Assembly: GCF_009914755.1 (NCBI RefSeq)
Contig: NC_060929.1
DNA length: 64,000 nt
Origin: the human T2T-CHM13v2.0 reference genome, Homo sapiens
Reading direction: 5' to 3' (one strand)
Shown: positions 11,389-25,250 of the stretch, one piece after another
Layout of the letters: each line of letters begins with the position of its first letter
Position numbering within the stretch: the stretch's first letter is position 1
Notes under the pieces: model-generated
Told to the model about the DNA's origin: nothing
What the model saw: only the letters and a program-made list of their open reading frames with translations
The model's database searches: none
Made by a program: the position numbers and the translations under genes

Positions 11389-13646
11389 TGTATTAGTCTG
11401 TTCTCACACTGCTAATAAGACATATCTGAGGCTGGGGAGGCCTCACAGTCATGGCAGAAGGCAAAGGAGAAGCAAAGTCACATCTTACGTGGCAGCAGGC
11501 AAGAGAAAGCCTGTGCAGAACTCCCCTTTATAAAACTATCAGATTTCATGAGACTTATTCACTATGACCAGAACAGCCTGGAAAAGACGAGGTCCATGAT
11601 TCAATTACCTCCCACCAGCTCCCTCCCACAACATGTGGAAATTATGGGAGCTACAATTCAAGATGAGATTTGTGTGGGGACACACAGCCAAACCATATTA
11701 TTCCACTCCTGGCCCCTCCCACAACTCATGTCATCACATTTCAAAACCAATCATGTCTTCCCAGCAGTCCTCCAAAGGCTTAACTCATTTCAGCATTAAC
11801 TCAAAAGTTCACAGTCCAAAGTCTTATCTGAGACAAAGCAAGTCCCTTCTGCTTATGAGCCTGGAAAATCAAAAGCAAATTAGTTACTTCCTAGACACAA
11901 TGGGGGTCTAGGAATTAAGTAAGTAAATATAGCCATTCCAAATGGGAAAAATTGGCCGAAACAAAGGGGCTACAGGTCCCATGCAAGTCTGAAATCCAGC
12001 AGGGCAGTCAAATCTTAAAGTTCCAAAATGATCTCCCTTGACTCCATGTCTCACGTCCAGGTCATGCTGATACAAGCCCATGGGCTTGGGCTGGTCCACC
12101 CCTGTGGCTTTGCAGGGTACAAGACCCCTCCCAGTTGCTTTCAGGGCTGGCATTGAGTGTCTGTGGCTTTTTAAGGTGTGCAGTGCAACCTGTCAATGGA
12201 TCTACCATTCTGGGGTCTGGAGGATGTTGGCCCTCTTCTCACAGCTCCACTAGGCAGCGCCCCAGTGGAAACTCTGTGTGGGGGCTTGCACCTCACGTTT
12301 CCCTTCTGTACTGCCTTACAGGTCCTCCATGAGGACTCACCCCAGGAGCAAACTTCTGTCTGGGTGTCCAGGGGTTTCCATACATTCTCTGAAATCTAGG
12401 AGGAGGTTCCCAAACCTCAATTCTTGACTTCTATCTACCCTCAGGCTCAACACCATGTGGAAGTTGCCAAGGCTTAGTGCTTGCACCCTAGGAAGCCACT
12501 GCCCAAGCTATACCTTGGCCCTTTTTTGCCACAGCTGGTGCGACTGGGATGCAGGGCACCAAGTACCTAGGCTGCACACAGCAGGGGGCCCTGGGCCCAG
12601 CCCACACAACAATTTTTCCCTCCTAGGTCTCTGGGTCTGTGATGGGAGGGTCAGCTGTGAAGGTCTCTGACATGCCCTGGAGACATTTTCCCCATTGTCT
12701 TGGTGTTTAACATTTGGCTCCTTGTTACTTATCCAAATTTCTGCAGCAGGCTCGAATTTCTTCCCAGTTAATGGGTTTTTCTTTTTCTATCTCATCAACA
12801 AGCTGTAAATTTTCCAAACTTTTATGCTCTGCTTCCTCTTGAACTCTTTGTCGCTTAGAGATTTCTTCCACCAGATACCCCAAATCATCTCTCTCCAGTT
12901 CAAAGTTCCACAGATCTCTAGGGCAGGGGCAAAAAGCTGCTAGTCTCTGCTAAGGTACAATAAGAGTCACCTTTGCTCCAGTTCCCAAAAAGTTCCTGAT
13001 CTCCATCTGAGATCACATCAGCCTGGACTTTATTGTTTATATCACTATAAGCATTTTGGTCAAAGCCATTCAACAAGTTTCTAGGAGGTTCCAAACTTTC
13101 CCACATCTTCCTGTCTTCCGAGCACTCCAAGTCTCCAGGATGTTCCAAACTTTCCCACATTTTTTTTATCTTCTTCTGAGCCCTCCAAACTGTTTCAACT
13201 TCTGACTGTTACCCGATTCCAAAGTCACTTCCACATTTTTAAGTATCTTTACAGCACTACCCCGCTCTACTGGTATCAATTTACTGTGTTAGTCTGTTCT
13301 CACACTGCTGATAAAGACATACCCGAGACTGGGTAATTTATAAAGGAAAAAGGTTTAATGGACTTAGTTTCACATGGCTGGGAAGGCCTCACAATCATGA
13401 AAGAAGGCAAAGGAAAAGCAAAGTCACATATTACATGGCGGCAGGCAAGAGAGAGCGTGTGCAGGGGAACTCCCCTTTATAAAACCATCAGATCTCCTGA
13501 GACTTATTCACTATCATGAGAACAGCATGGGAAAGACCCGGCCTCATGATTCAATTACCTCCCATTGGGTCCCTCCGATGACAGGTGGGAATTATGCGAG
13601 CTACAATTCAAGATGAGATATGGGTGAGGACAACCAAACCATATTA
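11389..13646 (-). mobile_element. THE1 (B-like) MaLR provirus: LTR 11389-11700, internal 11701-13284, LTR 13285-13646
   Basis: Two similar LTRs (tgt(a/g)ttagtctgttctcacactgct...ccaaaccatatta) flanking about 1.6 kb of THE1 internal sequence. Non-coding. Confidence 0.93.
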
Positions 13647-14019
13647 ACCCTCATAATTTTTTTCTTGGATATATTTTTCCATTCATCCCTTTATTTCTTA
13701 ACTAAGTTTTAATGAGTCCTTATTATTTAACCGCCATTTAATTTGTTCTTACATTACTAAGGATTCACAATTGCTAACGTCTGGTTATTTTGAAGATGAA
13801 AATAACCAGAAATGATTACAATTGAACTCACTCATGGATTCTTTAGAGAACCCCTTTAAAAGTAATTAGTGAAAGGTTACTTTTACAGAGATATTATGGT
13901 GAAAAACTAATTCAAATGGAAGCCACTTGAGCTAATTTTGCAGACACCAAAATCCAAGTAGAATCAAAAACACTGAAGTAGCCTCATGACTGCTACATAA
14001 CTAAGGGCAATAGAAGCAT

Positions 14020-14752
14020 GCATAAACTACAGTGCAATACCACCTCACACCCACTAGAATGGCTATAATAAAAAGACATATAGTAACAAATGTTGGTGGA
14101 AATATGAAGAAATAGGAAACCCTATTGCTGTCAGAAATGTAAAACAGTGCATCCACATTGGAAAACAATCTGCTAGTTCATCAAGTGGCTACACATAAGA
14201 GTTACCAGCAATTTCACTCCTAGGCATATACTCAAGAGAAATGGAAACATTTCCACAACTACTTTTACACCAATGCCTACAGCAATATTATTCCTATTAG
14301 GAAAAAAATGGAAACCAGATTAATGTTTGTCAAGTAAAGAATGGATAAATATGTGGTATATCAATACAATAGAATAATTTTGGCAATAAAAAAATGAAGT
14401 ACCAATGACACATACTATAATATGCATACACATTGAACACATCATGCTCAATGATACAAACCTGTCACAAAAGACTACCTATTATATGATTATTTTATAT
14501 AGCAAAGCAATAGCAGGCAAATTTATAGAGACAGAAAGTCAATTAATGGCTTCCTGAATTAAGGTGAAAGAGTGTGGGGGATTATGACTAAGTAATGCAG
14601 AATTTTTTTTTTTGTAGTAATAAAAATGTTTTGAAATTGGTTATGGTAATGGATGTGTAACTCTGTGAATATTCTAGAAACCATTGAGTTATACACGTTA
14701 AAAGGGTTCATTTTATGCTGTGTGAATTGTATATCAATGAAGCTGTTAAAAT
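14020..14752 (+). mobile_element. L1MB-like 3' end
   Basis: ataccacctcacacccactagaatggcta...tgtgtgaattgtatatcaatgaagctgtt. Confidence 0.8.
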
Positions 14753-15677
14753 TTTTAATGTTTTAGACCCTCTGAAAGAAAAACAGAACGTGATTTTACT
14801 TTACATGGCACTATTTTCAAATGTGAAGTATTCTTAATCTCTAATATATTCATGGTTTTTTTCATGAATACATCAAAACATTTCCTAAATGTATGTATAA
14901 CCTCTTCGTACACTTTTAAAGTGAGGATAATTGGTACTTTTGGTCTACTTACGAATATGTTAAAAAAACTTTATTGTTATGAAGATGGATTCATTTTCTT
15001 AGAGTTATATTCTAATTTCATTTAACACAGTCATATCTACCTTTATGATTCCAGAAGTATTACGGATATATATTTTTTTATGTTGTTTCCTGAGCTTAGG
15101 TGTTTATCACAATGGAATATTCTGGGTGGAGGTAGAACAAGAGTCATCCTCAACTGTAGATCACGTATGTTACTTGAAGAGAGCCTAAACCTGGCTGTTG
15201 AAATTCCAAGAATTATTCTTTTACTGTAAGTTCTATAAGTGTTTTTGAAACTTGAGCAGAGGTATTATATTGACAAAATAATCAATGTGCAATTATACAT
15301 TTTTCTTTCTTTCTTTTTTCCTAAACTATCACACATATCAAGTCATTCCAATGACTTGATAGTGTAAGTAAGGCAAAAGCAAATGAAAAAGCAAGTCTCC
15401 CAATTAGAAGGAGAACCAAATGCCCTTGACTCAAGGATGAGGCATAAGTGTTCTGTGATGCCACTTTTCCATCACCATGCCAGAATTACAGTAAGGAGGA
15501 AGGCATAAGACTTATTCATGCTATCTGATAATGAGAAATTATATCTAATACACTCCGCTTACTCTCCTAGATCCTGATATCAAAAATAAAGATTATGAGA
15601 GCCCTGCTCTTAAGGAAATTTCAGTATGTCTTCTTGTACAAGTGACATCTTTTACTGTGATACATAAAGTAGTTTAC

Positions 15678-15814
15678 CAATTTCTGAAGCAGTGACTGTG
15701 ATGTTGTACCATGGAGTTTCTTCTCTGTCGAGAACCTTTGTAGTCCTAATGGTCCCAGTATTGGCATCAATGTTGAAAAATCTGTCGTCTTCAACATTGT
15801 AGTTGATGAAGTAT
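15678..15814 (-). CDS. CDH18: Cadherin-18 internal coding exon (137 nt, probably exon 9), EC4
   Basis: Acceptor ctctttttttctctag|A and donor G|gtaaac. Translates (R)YFINYNVEDDRFFNIDANTGTIRTTKVLDREETPWYNITVTASEI(D), including the LDRE motif. Phase 2 start fits the 254-nt exon. Too short to appear in the ORF track. Confidence 0.95.
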
Positions 15815-16369
15815 CTAGAGAAAAAAAGAGAAGTTTTTACTTGATGTTATAATGAAGAAAATACAACTGAACCAAGGAAAGTATTATATCTAAATACATT
15901 AAAATATTCAAATATACTTTTAAATTCTATATTTGATTACATGGCAACTTTATATTTTTATAGAACTTATATCAATTATTCTTATCCATCAGTCTTTAAT
16001 TCTAAGTTCAATTACTAATTCAAAGAATAATTTTATAAGGTCTTACCAAATTCCATGAATAAAAGTAGATAGCAGAAACAGCGATTAATAGTGGAGAGAC
16101 CAAAAGAACTCACCTCTTGGAAGCCTATAATATGTTTAATGAAAAAAAATATTAAACCTATAATAAGACTTCTTGTTGTTATTATTCAAAAAAAATTAGA
16201 ATCCTTGAAGTCAGAGATGAATTTATCTTGAAATTTCATTGTAGCTAAGGTTTAAAAATAATATAAAATGAAAAACAAAACATTTATATTTATTAACATT
16301 GTACCTCCATCACAGTTCAACTAAACCCTTGTTTAGTCAAAGAATGAGATAAAAAAATAAATAAAGATA

Positions 16370-16843
16370 GGTTGAATTATAGGCCACAAATTATTTTTCC
16401 CTCTTCAATTCATGTAATTTTGTAGAGTTCTCTTATATTGCGTTAGATTTCAGCTTACTTTTGTAATCAAATGAGCTGAAAGTGATGGTGTCTGTCTTCT
16501 TTCTGGGCCTAGGTTTCATGAGACTTTGTATGTTTCCTTGTGTCCTATGCCACTGCCACAGGAAAAGCATGATTGGGCTAATTAACTTGTCCTAGCAGGA
16601 GGAAGGGAAACACACGGGGCAAAGTTGTCCCAATTAAGGTTCCCAACCTAGCGTAGATCAATCTAGTAAATGTGCAGATGCACGATGGAGTGCCCCAGAG
16701 ATAAACAGAGCTGGCATCAAAAGCTAGCCTAATTCAGCTAGCCCTCAGCTAACCCACCGACACATGCAGTGTAGTTAGACACAGCTTTTTTTTAAGACCC
16801 CTGAGTTTTGGAGTTATGTGTTATTTAGCAACAGCTGATTAAC
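16370..16843 (+). mobile_element. Old MLT1 (H/I/J-like) LTR
   Basis: ggccacaaattattt start; ctgagttttggagttatgtgttatttagcaacagctgattaaca end. Confidence 0.6.
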
Positions 16844-16989
16844 ATGTCTCTGAATATATACTATTAAACAATTATCATATGTTCTAGAAAAGCTTCAGAC
16901 TATTTCTTCAACTATTTAAGGAGATAAATATTCTCTCCTAAAGCCTCTAATGCTTTTTTCTCTTTTTAAATCTCAGCTTAAGTAATATT

Positions 16990-18060
16990 TTATCTAGACC
17001 TGAAAGATGAAATGGACTGATTAATTATGTGAAAAGTGCTAGGGAAGAATATATGAAACAGAGAAAACCAAGATGCAAAGATCGAAATTAAAGAAACAGT
17101 TTCAATTGGTTAGAAAACAAATCTATGTCAATGTGGCTATGGAGACTGAATGACATGAATCTCCAAGAGTTAGGACAAGGTAGGACAAGGTATCTTTTGT
17201 GAAAGCAATGGCAAGAATTTCAAATTCAAGAAAATAAAAACAGATTTATTAATGCTCTGAAAAATAACAGTGGCTACTTTTTATCATATACTGTAGAAAG
17301 TTGAAAACAATTTATAAAAAAAATTATTTGTCAACTTGGACAAAGATGGAAAGATAGAAGATGATGGAAAAAAGTGTACAACATACTGTTATATATGAAA
17401 TGAAATTCATAGACTTCTTGTTGCAGTGGCATTAGTAAAGCAATTAAATCACAGGTGACTCCATTTCCACACGTGTTTGACCTACTATTTAATTGATAGG
17501 CCCCTTTACTGAGGTGGATAAAAAGAGCTGGGGAAAGGTAGTTTGGGAAAAATTAATGATTATGCCTTAAATGCCCATTAGATACCCATGTGGAATAAAA
17601 AGCAAAAGTCAAATATGGGTATGGAATTCAATTGTCCTTTCTAAATAGGAAATATAACTTTGAGATGATATATCAGCATAAAGCTAAGGTAATGGGAATG
17701 GTATAATCTCATCTGGAACAGAATTATAAGAGAAAAGAAATAAAAGATTGAGCACTGAAGTACACAACCTATTGAGTATAGAGCAGGTCAGTATCTGTTC
17801 GGAGATGGTGACAGCCAAAGGAGAGAGGGAAAACTGGGAAGGGGAGTGGCATGCAGCCAAGAAATGGCTTACCAGGAAGGAAGGAGCTAACAACTGGGGT
17901 GAATTCTGTTAGGAGGTTGATTGAGGTTAGTGAGGGTTAATTGGATTTGGCAAGATGGACAGTATTATTAATAGTTAACTTGTCAAGAATAACATCAGAA
18001 AATATATCAAAGGACTGGAGATTTATTACAGTGGCTTCAACAGTATATTGAATGTGAAGA
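16990..18060 (-). mobile_element. L2 fragment(s)
   Basis: agacctgaaagatga, ccctttactgagg, ttggatttggcaagatgga. Boundaries approximate. Confidence 0.6.
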
Positions 18061-20335
18061 TACAAAGACCATGAGTTAAGACAATTGATTGATATCTTTT
18101 AATGAATGAACAGCAGAAACAAAAGCATTTTGTGTCATCAGAAAAGTGGGTTCAACAAATTATTTTCTTTTATATGGGAAATAAGAAGCATTGTCTTTGC
18201 TGAAAGAAATGATGCTTTTGAAAAAGGGGACTATCAAAAATTGTAAAACTCATGAGAAGGTGAAAATAATTGGATTCCGGGGAACAGATATAGAAATTTC
18301 CCATTGAAAGTAACAGGGATGCTTCTTCCATTTTAGTATGAGGAAAAGATGAAAAGCTGGGTAGAAATATAGGGTAGGTGTGGTGATGTAAATATTACAA
18401 AATTCATCATACTTTCTAGAACAGAGTGTAAGTGGAATTGCAATACAACCAACCCCATGCCTCTCATAGGCATAAGGTGTTAGAAGGGTATGCAGAGCAT
18501 ATTGCTAAGGTGTGAAATCTTCTAACCTCCTGTGGAGAGGCATGAACACACATGGCAGAAGATATTAATAGCAGCATGGAGAATGAAACTACAGAGCAAG
18601 GAGCATGCCAAGAAATCTAACTTATCAGTAAAAAACACATAAAAAGAGACAGATTGTATCACTTGGAACGGTGTGATCAAAACAAGGAACTGACCATTGT
18701 ACATTAAATTTTCTAATAATAAGTATATGTTAATTGAAAAAAGTTTAACATAAAAAAGAAATTTAAACAAGAAAAGGTACAACTCTAAAGTAAATCTTAT
18801 TCTGAGACACAAAAACCAGATGCTACAGAATAGTGGGAAATCTGTATGTCACTGGGGTTCCCAAAGCATAAAGCCATGCTACAGTAAAACCATTGTACTT
18901 AATTCAGATTGAGTCTATACTAGAAAAAAAACAAAACCCTTCTTATAACATCCCTTTCCCAGAGGAAAAATGCTGAGGATGAGGGTTGAACTGGTTAGGA
19001 AATGACAGATGTCTTATCATGTGGAAAGGACAGCATCCTTTAACATGTAGTCAGTAGGCTTTCTGGCTATTTTATTATCTAATGTTAACCTGTCTTTAAG
19101 AAATTGTCCATTTTTGGTTACTGTAAGAAAATCAGCTTCTGTATCTGAAATTTGGAGGATTCAAATTTGGAACTTATTATTCAGCTTCAAAGTTGCCTGC
19201 AGCAACTATCAGAAAAGCTCAGATTGTAGTGCTATAGATCCCTATGAAATATGGCAGAGCATGTCTCATTTTAGAAGTTAGATCACCTTACAACTGTCAG
19301 TCTGGAAGAAAATAGGTTTTGTTTTGTTTTGTTTTCTGAAAATATGTAGTCTTTTTGCCAGAGCAATCTCCTCTTTTTTAGCCACTTCACACTGGGCTTT
19401 CTAACATAAGTGCTAATATCAGTGGCTTAATATTTTTAGAGTTAAACATTTTAATTTATATAGTTTTAAATTATGTTTATATATTAGAAAAATGGTAAGC
19501 ATACTGCTAGGCATGCATCTTTAGACTCATGTTATTTGCTTCCGAGTTTCCTAAGCTATCTAGCTCTCTAGGGAAATCAACATCCTAAGGGTTAGATTGT
19601 GGGCGATGCTTGGATCCAAAGAGTCTTATTCACGAAGTTGCAATTGAATTTTGACTCAAGTAGAACTAAATAGTTCTGCCTAACCACTTTTGGCTTTCTG
19701 CCCAGACATGGAAATAAAAACTCAGAAGTAAGTAAAGTGGAAATGTGAGAAAAGAGAAACTATTCAAGACTATTTTGAAGATTAAATGTAGAATCATTCA
19801 ATGCTAATTATTTAGAATTAAGAAGTGACATGGGACCATAAAACTATTAATCAAACCATTAAAAAGAGATGAGGCTATTCTCAGTAAATTACTTTTCAAA
19901 TAATTTTTATAATAAAATCTGTTTCATAAGCCCTAAGTAAAAAAATCAATACTTTATGAATGTATATATCAATATTTAGATTTTTTTACAAATAATTAAT
20001 TTGACATTATCAGAAATATTTAGAAAATACAAAATCAAGTAACGATTTGCCTAGGTGACATAGGTCCTAAAAGAGGACTAATCATAAAACCCGTGGAATT
20101 GGGATTTTAAATTAAAAAAAAAAAAATTCTAGGTTACAGCTACCAAAAATGAACCAGAATAAATTGAGGCTAGAAGATTTATAGCCAGATAAGACATTTT
20201 AAACAATTTCTTCAAATTCTAAGTTGGCCATTAATATAAACCTTTGAGTATTGCCATATGTGTGAGGCAGAGAGGAAATACTTAAATGCGTATATGAGTT
20301 ATTTAACAAAGCTATCTAGTAAGAGGTAAGAAAAT

Positions 20336-20855
<520 letters not shown>

Positions 20856-20896
20856 AGCTTCTTTGTTTTTAAAAGGAGAAAATTTTAAAGGGGGGA

Positions 20897-21303
20897 TAAT
20901 ACTGTTTGAATGTTTTTCCTTTCTGAATCTCATATTAAAAGCTAATTCCCAATATTGGAGGTGAGGCCAGGTGGGAGGTGACTGGATTATGGGGGTGGAT
21001 CCCTCATGAATGGTTTGGCCCCATCCACTTGGTGTTAAGTGAATTCTCACTCTCAGTAGTTCATGCAAAATCTAATTGCTTAAAAGCCTGGGACTTCTTC
21101 TCACTCCTGTTCCCACTCTCACCATGTGACATGCTGGCTCCCCTTCACCTTCTGCCATGACTGTAAGTTCTCTGAGGCCAGAAGCAGATGCTGGCACCAT
21201 GCTTCCTGCACACTCTGCAGAATCATGAGCCAATTAACCTCTTTTCTTTATAAATGACCCAGCTTCAGGTATTTTTATAGCAACACAAGCACAAACTAAT
21301 ACA
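20897..21303 (+). mobile_element. MST (A/B-like) solo LTR
   Basis: ttggaggtgaggcc...agcagatgctggcaccatgcttcctg...aaactaataca. Confidence 0.85.
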
Positions 21304-21406
21304 ATCTTTATCCATTCATTCAAAAATACTCTCATTTGAAAGAATACAGAAAAAGAATGAAAGATATATATTAAAAAAGAGAGAATATGTCAAATAGTTT
21401 ACTTCG

Positions 21407-21645
21407 GGAAAAGAAGAAAATAAAGAAAGAAGGAAGGAAGAAAAATGGAGGGAGGGAGAGAGGGAAGGAAGGGAGGGAGGGAGGGAAAGAAGAAAAGCGA
21501 AAGAAAGAAGAAAGAAAGAAAGGAAGAAAGGAAGGAAGAAAGAGAAAGAGAGAAAAGAAAAAGAAAGAAAGAAAAAGAAAGAAAGAAAGGAAGAAAGAAA
21601 GGAAGAAAGAAAAAGAAAGAAAAAGAAAGGGAGGGAGGGAGGGAC
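21407..21645. repeat. Polypurine (GAAA/GGAA/GGGA) compound microsatellite, about 240 bp
   Basis: Almost exclusively A and G on the + strand. Confidence 0.95.
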
Positions 21646-22067
21646 AGGTAACTGATTATAATGATGGATGCCAGAGAGTTTAATGAAGAGATCAGAGTAT
21701 AAAATTCCAAGGCATAAAAGCTTCATGAAGGACATGGTATTTGATCAGTCCTGAAAGAGGAAAAACAGTTAAATAGAGATATGTGCACCAGAGATCATCC
21801 AGAGAGTATGGAATTTGATGATTTCATATGACATATTAGAGAAAAACAGAGAGAAAGAAAGATCTTAAATCTGGTTTGGAATTCCTTCAGAGGTGACATA
21901 GCATTTTGGAGACTAGTGCTTTCTGGTATTGGCTGCTAGACTAGAAAAAGAGAGAAAAAAAAAGAAAGAAAAAAGCTTCATGTAGTAGGTAGGAAAGAAA
22001 CCACACATCAGCATTCCAGTAAACATGGCTGCCCTTATTCACCATGTTAGACTTTAGTAGTAAACTC

Positions 22068-22781
22068 TTTTTATTATTATTATTATTATACTTTAAGTTT
22101 TAGTGTACATGTGCACAATGTGCAGGTTTGTTACATACGTATACATGTGCCATGTCGGTGTGCTGCACCCATTAACTCGTCATTTAGCATTAGGTATATC
22201 TCCCAATGCTATCCCTCCCCACTCCCCCCACCCCACAACAGTCCCCGGTATGTGATGTTCCCCTTCCTGTGTCCATGTGTTCTCATTGTTCAATTCCAAC
22301 CTATGAGTAAGAACATGCGGTGTTTGGTTTTTTGTCCTTGCGATAGTTTGCTGAGAATGATGGTTTCCAGCTTCATCCATGTCCCTACAAAGGACATGAA
22401 TTCATCATTTTTTATGGCTGCATAGTATTCCATGGAGTATATGTGCCACATTTTCTTAATCCAGTCTATCATTCTTGGACATTTGGGTTGGTTCCAAGTC
22501 TTTGCTGTTGTGAATAGTGCCACAATAAACATATGTGTGCATGTGTCTTTATAGCAGCATGATTTATAATCCTTTGGGTATATACCCAGTAATGGGATGG
22601 CTGGGTCAAATGGTATTTCTAGTTCTAGATCCCTGAGGAATCGCCACACTGACTTCCACAATGGTTGAACTAGTTTACATTCCCACCAACAGTGTAAAAG
22701 TGTTCCTGTTTCTCCACATGCTCTCCAGCACCTGTTGTTTCCTGACTTTTTAATGATTGCCATTCTAACTGGTGTGAGATG
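22068..22781 (-). mobile_element. 5'-truncated L1PA (about PA3-4) 3' end, ~715 bp
   Basis: The ORF2 C-terminus is still open (ORF 22290-22763, ...[22 protein letters not shown]...), followed by the 3'UTR and tail. Confidence 0.93.
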
Positions 22782-23234
22782 AGGATTGACTAAACTGTAA
22801 GACCTAGTATAGCAAATGAAAGAATATAATTATTACCTTTCTAGATGAAAGGAGTACAGATACTTTGTAGAGAAAGATAATCTCTGTAAAATTTTGAAGA
22901 TGAGAATGCATAGATTGGGAAAAATGTCAAGGATGTTTGGATTGTAAGAGCACAGACTTTTAAAGATAAATGAAGAAGCAAGAAGAATTAGGGTGAGGGA
23001 TGGGCCACTTACCAAGGACAAATTTCCCAGTTTTCAGATATCAGAGGTAGTAACCTCTTTGAAGACACTGAAAAACACCTACATTCTTTCTCTCTGTGTA
23101 CAATAAGTCACAGATTCTTAGCCTTGTTTATTTAGAATGTAAAGATCAATTCCAGGAAAATTATTTCTAAAATAGACACAGCATATATGTGAATATTATA
23201 TCAAGCCATAGTAAGATAATCACTCCAGGTTTGA

Positions 23235-23410
23235 AACCAAGCAAACCTGTTAATCACAGCTGTATCACTTAGCATTGTGACCTTAAGAGATTTAGTCTCT
23301 CTGAGCTGTCTCCATGAGTGAAATGGAGAACCATTTACATAATAATTTTCTTGTGATGATTAAGTGAAGTGATATGTGAAAATCACTTATGCTTGAGGGT
23401 TAAATGATAG
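23235..23410 (+). mobile_element. MIR
   Basis: tgtgaccttaagag...tctctctgagctg...tgaaatggaga. Confidence 0.6.
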
Positions 23411-24193
23411 GCCTTCATAGAAAACAGCTATCACTTGTTTTAAGGCTTCTCAGGAAGACGTTTTTCTCCCTTTCTTTCTTGGGAAGCTTCAGTCTATTTT
23501 GATAAGACAGTTCATAGATTGTAAGTACTGGTTGTTTCTTTCTCCTACGACTGCACTATAAACAGAGTGGGTTATGAATAGGGTTACTACTGAATAAACA
23601 AGAGTCTCTATATAAATAGCCAGAACTTCAGCCTGTTTCTGAAAATTTTGTCAGAAAATTAATTTTTAATTTACTGCTTAATTCACATAGAGCAATTTTT
23701 ATTTGGAAGGTGTATGAGACTAAAGCTCTTTAACTTCTACCAATAATAACACAGATGTATTGCTTGGCCTCACAAGTGAATGAATAAGCCAACCAATCAA
23801 TCAACAGTTATAATGGAGACTGATAATATTTCATGCAACTGATAGTAGTCTTTCACTTCTTTTGTAAATATGTTGGTAGCACTAATCATGCCAAGAAATC
23901 GTGTCTTACCTATCCAGGCCAGTATGTTTTCATATCTAGATAAGATATTTATAGATTCTTAATGTCATCCTTCATATGGATTTCTAATACTATGCTTAAA
24001 ATTGGTTAGATTTATTCGGGAAATAATTGTTTTCTCTTTATGGTGTGTAGTTGGCTTATTCCCTCTTTCATTGAGTAATATTTAAACATTGCACAAAGAA
24101 CAAATAAATTTGCGCCTCACCCAAAATTCATAGAATCATAGTTCTGGAAATAATTTTAAGATGTAATACAATTATTGACTGTGAAAGCTCATC

Positions 24194-24455
24194 TTTTAGA
24201 CTTCAGTTTAAATCTAAGAAAAAAAGCAAAGCAACTACTTTGTGGTGTATCTTGTTAATATCCTGTACTAATCTACAAGCATATGTGGTCAAAAGTGTTA
24301 ATATGAGGGAGAAAACGTTGAAATAGACTCAACGGCTACTCTTATAATTGTGACATATAATTCAAACCCTATCACCACTACATGTTCACTATATTATGTG
24401 TGAAATAAGCATCAAAATGGTATCTTCACTAAACACTACTGTGAAAGTTGTATGA
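24194..24455 (+). repeat. Old local duplication, copy 1 (partner 26679-26935)
   Basis: Collinear shared blocks, including the exact 22-mer tgtgtgaaataagcatcaaaat. Confidence 0.8.
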
Positions 24456-25172
24456 TCAATGATCAATAAGATGTCTCCTAGTTATAGATTAGAGAAAGTA
24501 CAATTAAGTTACTGACAGCTCAAATTTGCTCAGTGGTCTTTATTAGCCCTCTAACTGGACAAGTCCCATAGGCAAACCTTAACTAATTTCACACTGACAG
24601 ATAAATGGATCCATTCATGCCTCACCCAGTACAGGAGATCTTGCCAAGTTCCCAATATAACTTATAAATACTGGCTATAATTTTTTATTTCTACACCACT
24701 CTTTGTTCTATCATTCAACTTCTGTACCATTTCATATCTCTAGTAAATGTTTTAAAGCAATGATGAAAGTAAAAAGAAAATGCATTATATTGAAGTGAGA
24801 TGAAAATTTATTATTGAAATTAGTACTTCAGGGACCAAAAAACAGACAGAAAATTTATGACCATAGTAAAAATTCAATCTCAATAATGATTACCTTTACT
24901 CAAATATTTTCTTCCACAGAAACTACTTTAAACAAACCATGCAGGTCATCATTTGGAACTCAGCTTCCCTTTGATTAGGTATACATTCGTGATAATCAAT
25001 ACTCATATTAAAGTGTATTAGAAATGTTATTTTTCATTTCAATAACAGCTCTTCAGTCCTCAGTGGCACTTATTTTCATTATATTCTGTCCATTTCACCA
25101 CAAGAAATTAATTTAAAACTTATGTAACAGAAATCCATTTTTACAGTGACCTACTTAGAGAAATATCATCTG

Positions 25173-25250
25173 ACCTGCACGTTGTGAACATGTACCCTAA
25201 AACTTAAAGTATAATAATAATAAAATTAAAAAAATAAATAAATAAATAAA
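25173..25250 (+). mobile_element. Extremely 5'-truncated L1PA 3' terminus with A-rich tail
   Basis: acctgcacgttgtgaacatgtaccctaaaacttaaagtataataataa followed by (TAAA)n. Confidence 0.85.

Noticed and set aside
13078-13190. ~53-bp tandem duplication (MWESLE repeated in an ORF)
   Set aside because: Lies within THE1 internal sequence and, as I recall, is a family-level feature rather than locus-specific.
21316-21735. Lys/Glu/Arg-rich and Phe/Leu/Ser-rich ORFs
   Set aside because: Artefacts of the stop-free polypurine microsatellite.
22050-22800. TSD for the 715-bp L1PA
   Set aside because: Only a 6-bp taaact match offset from the element end; not convincing.
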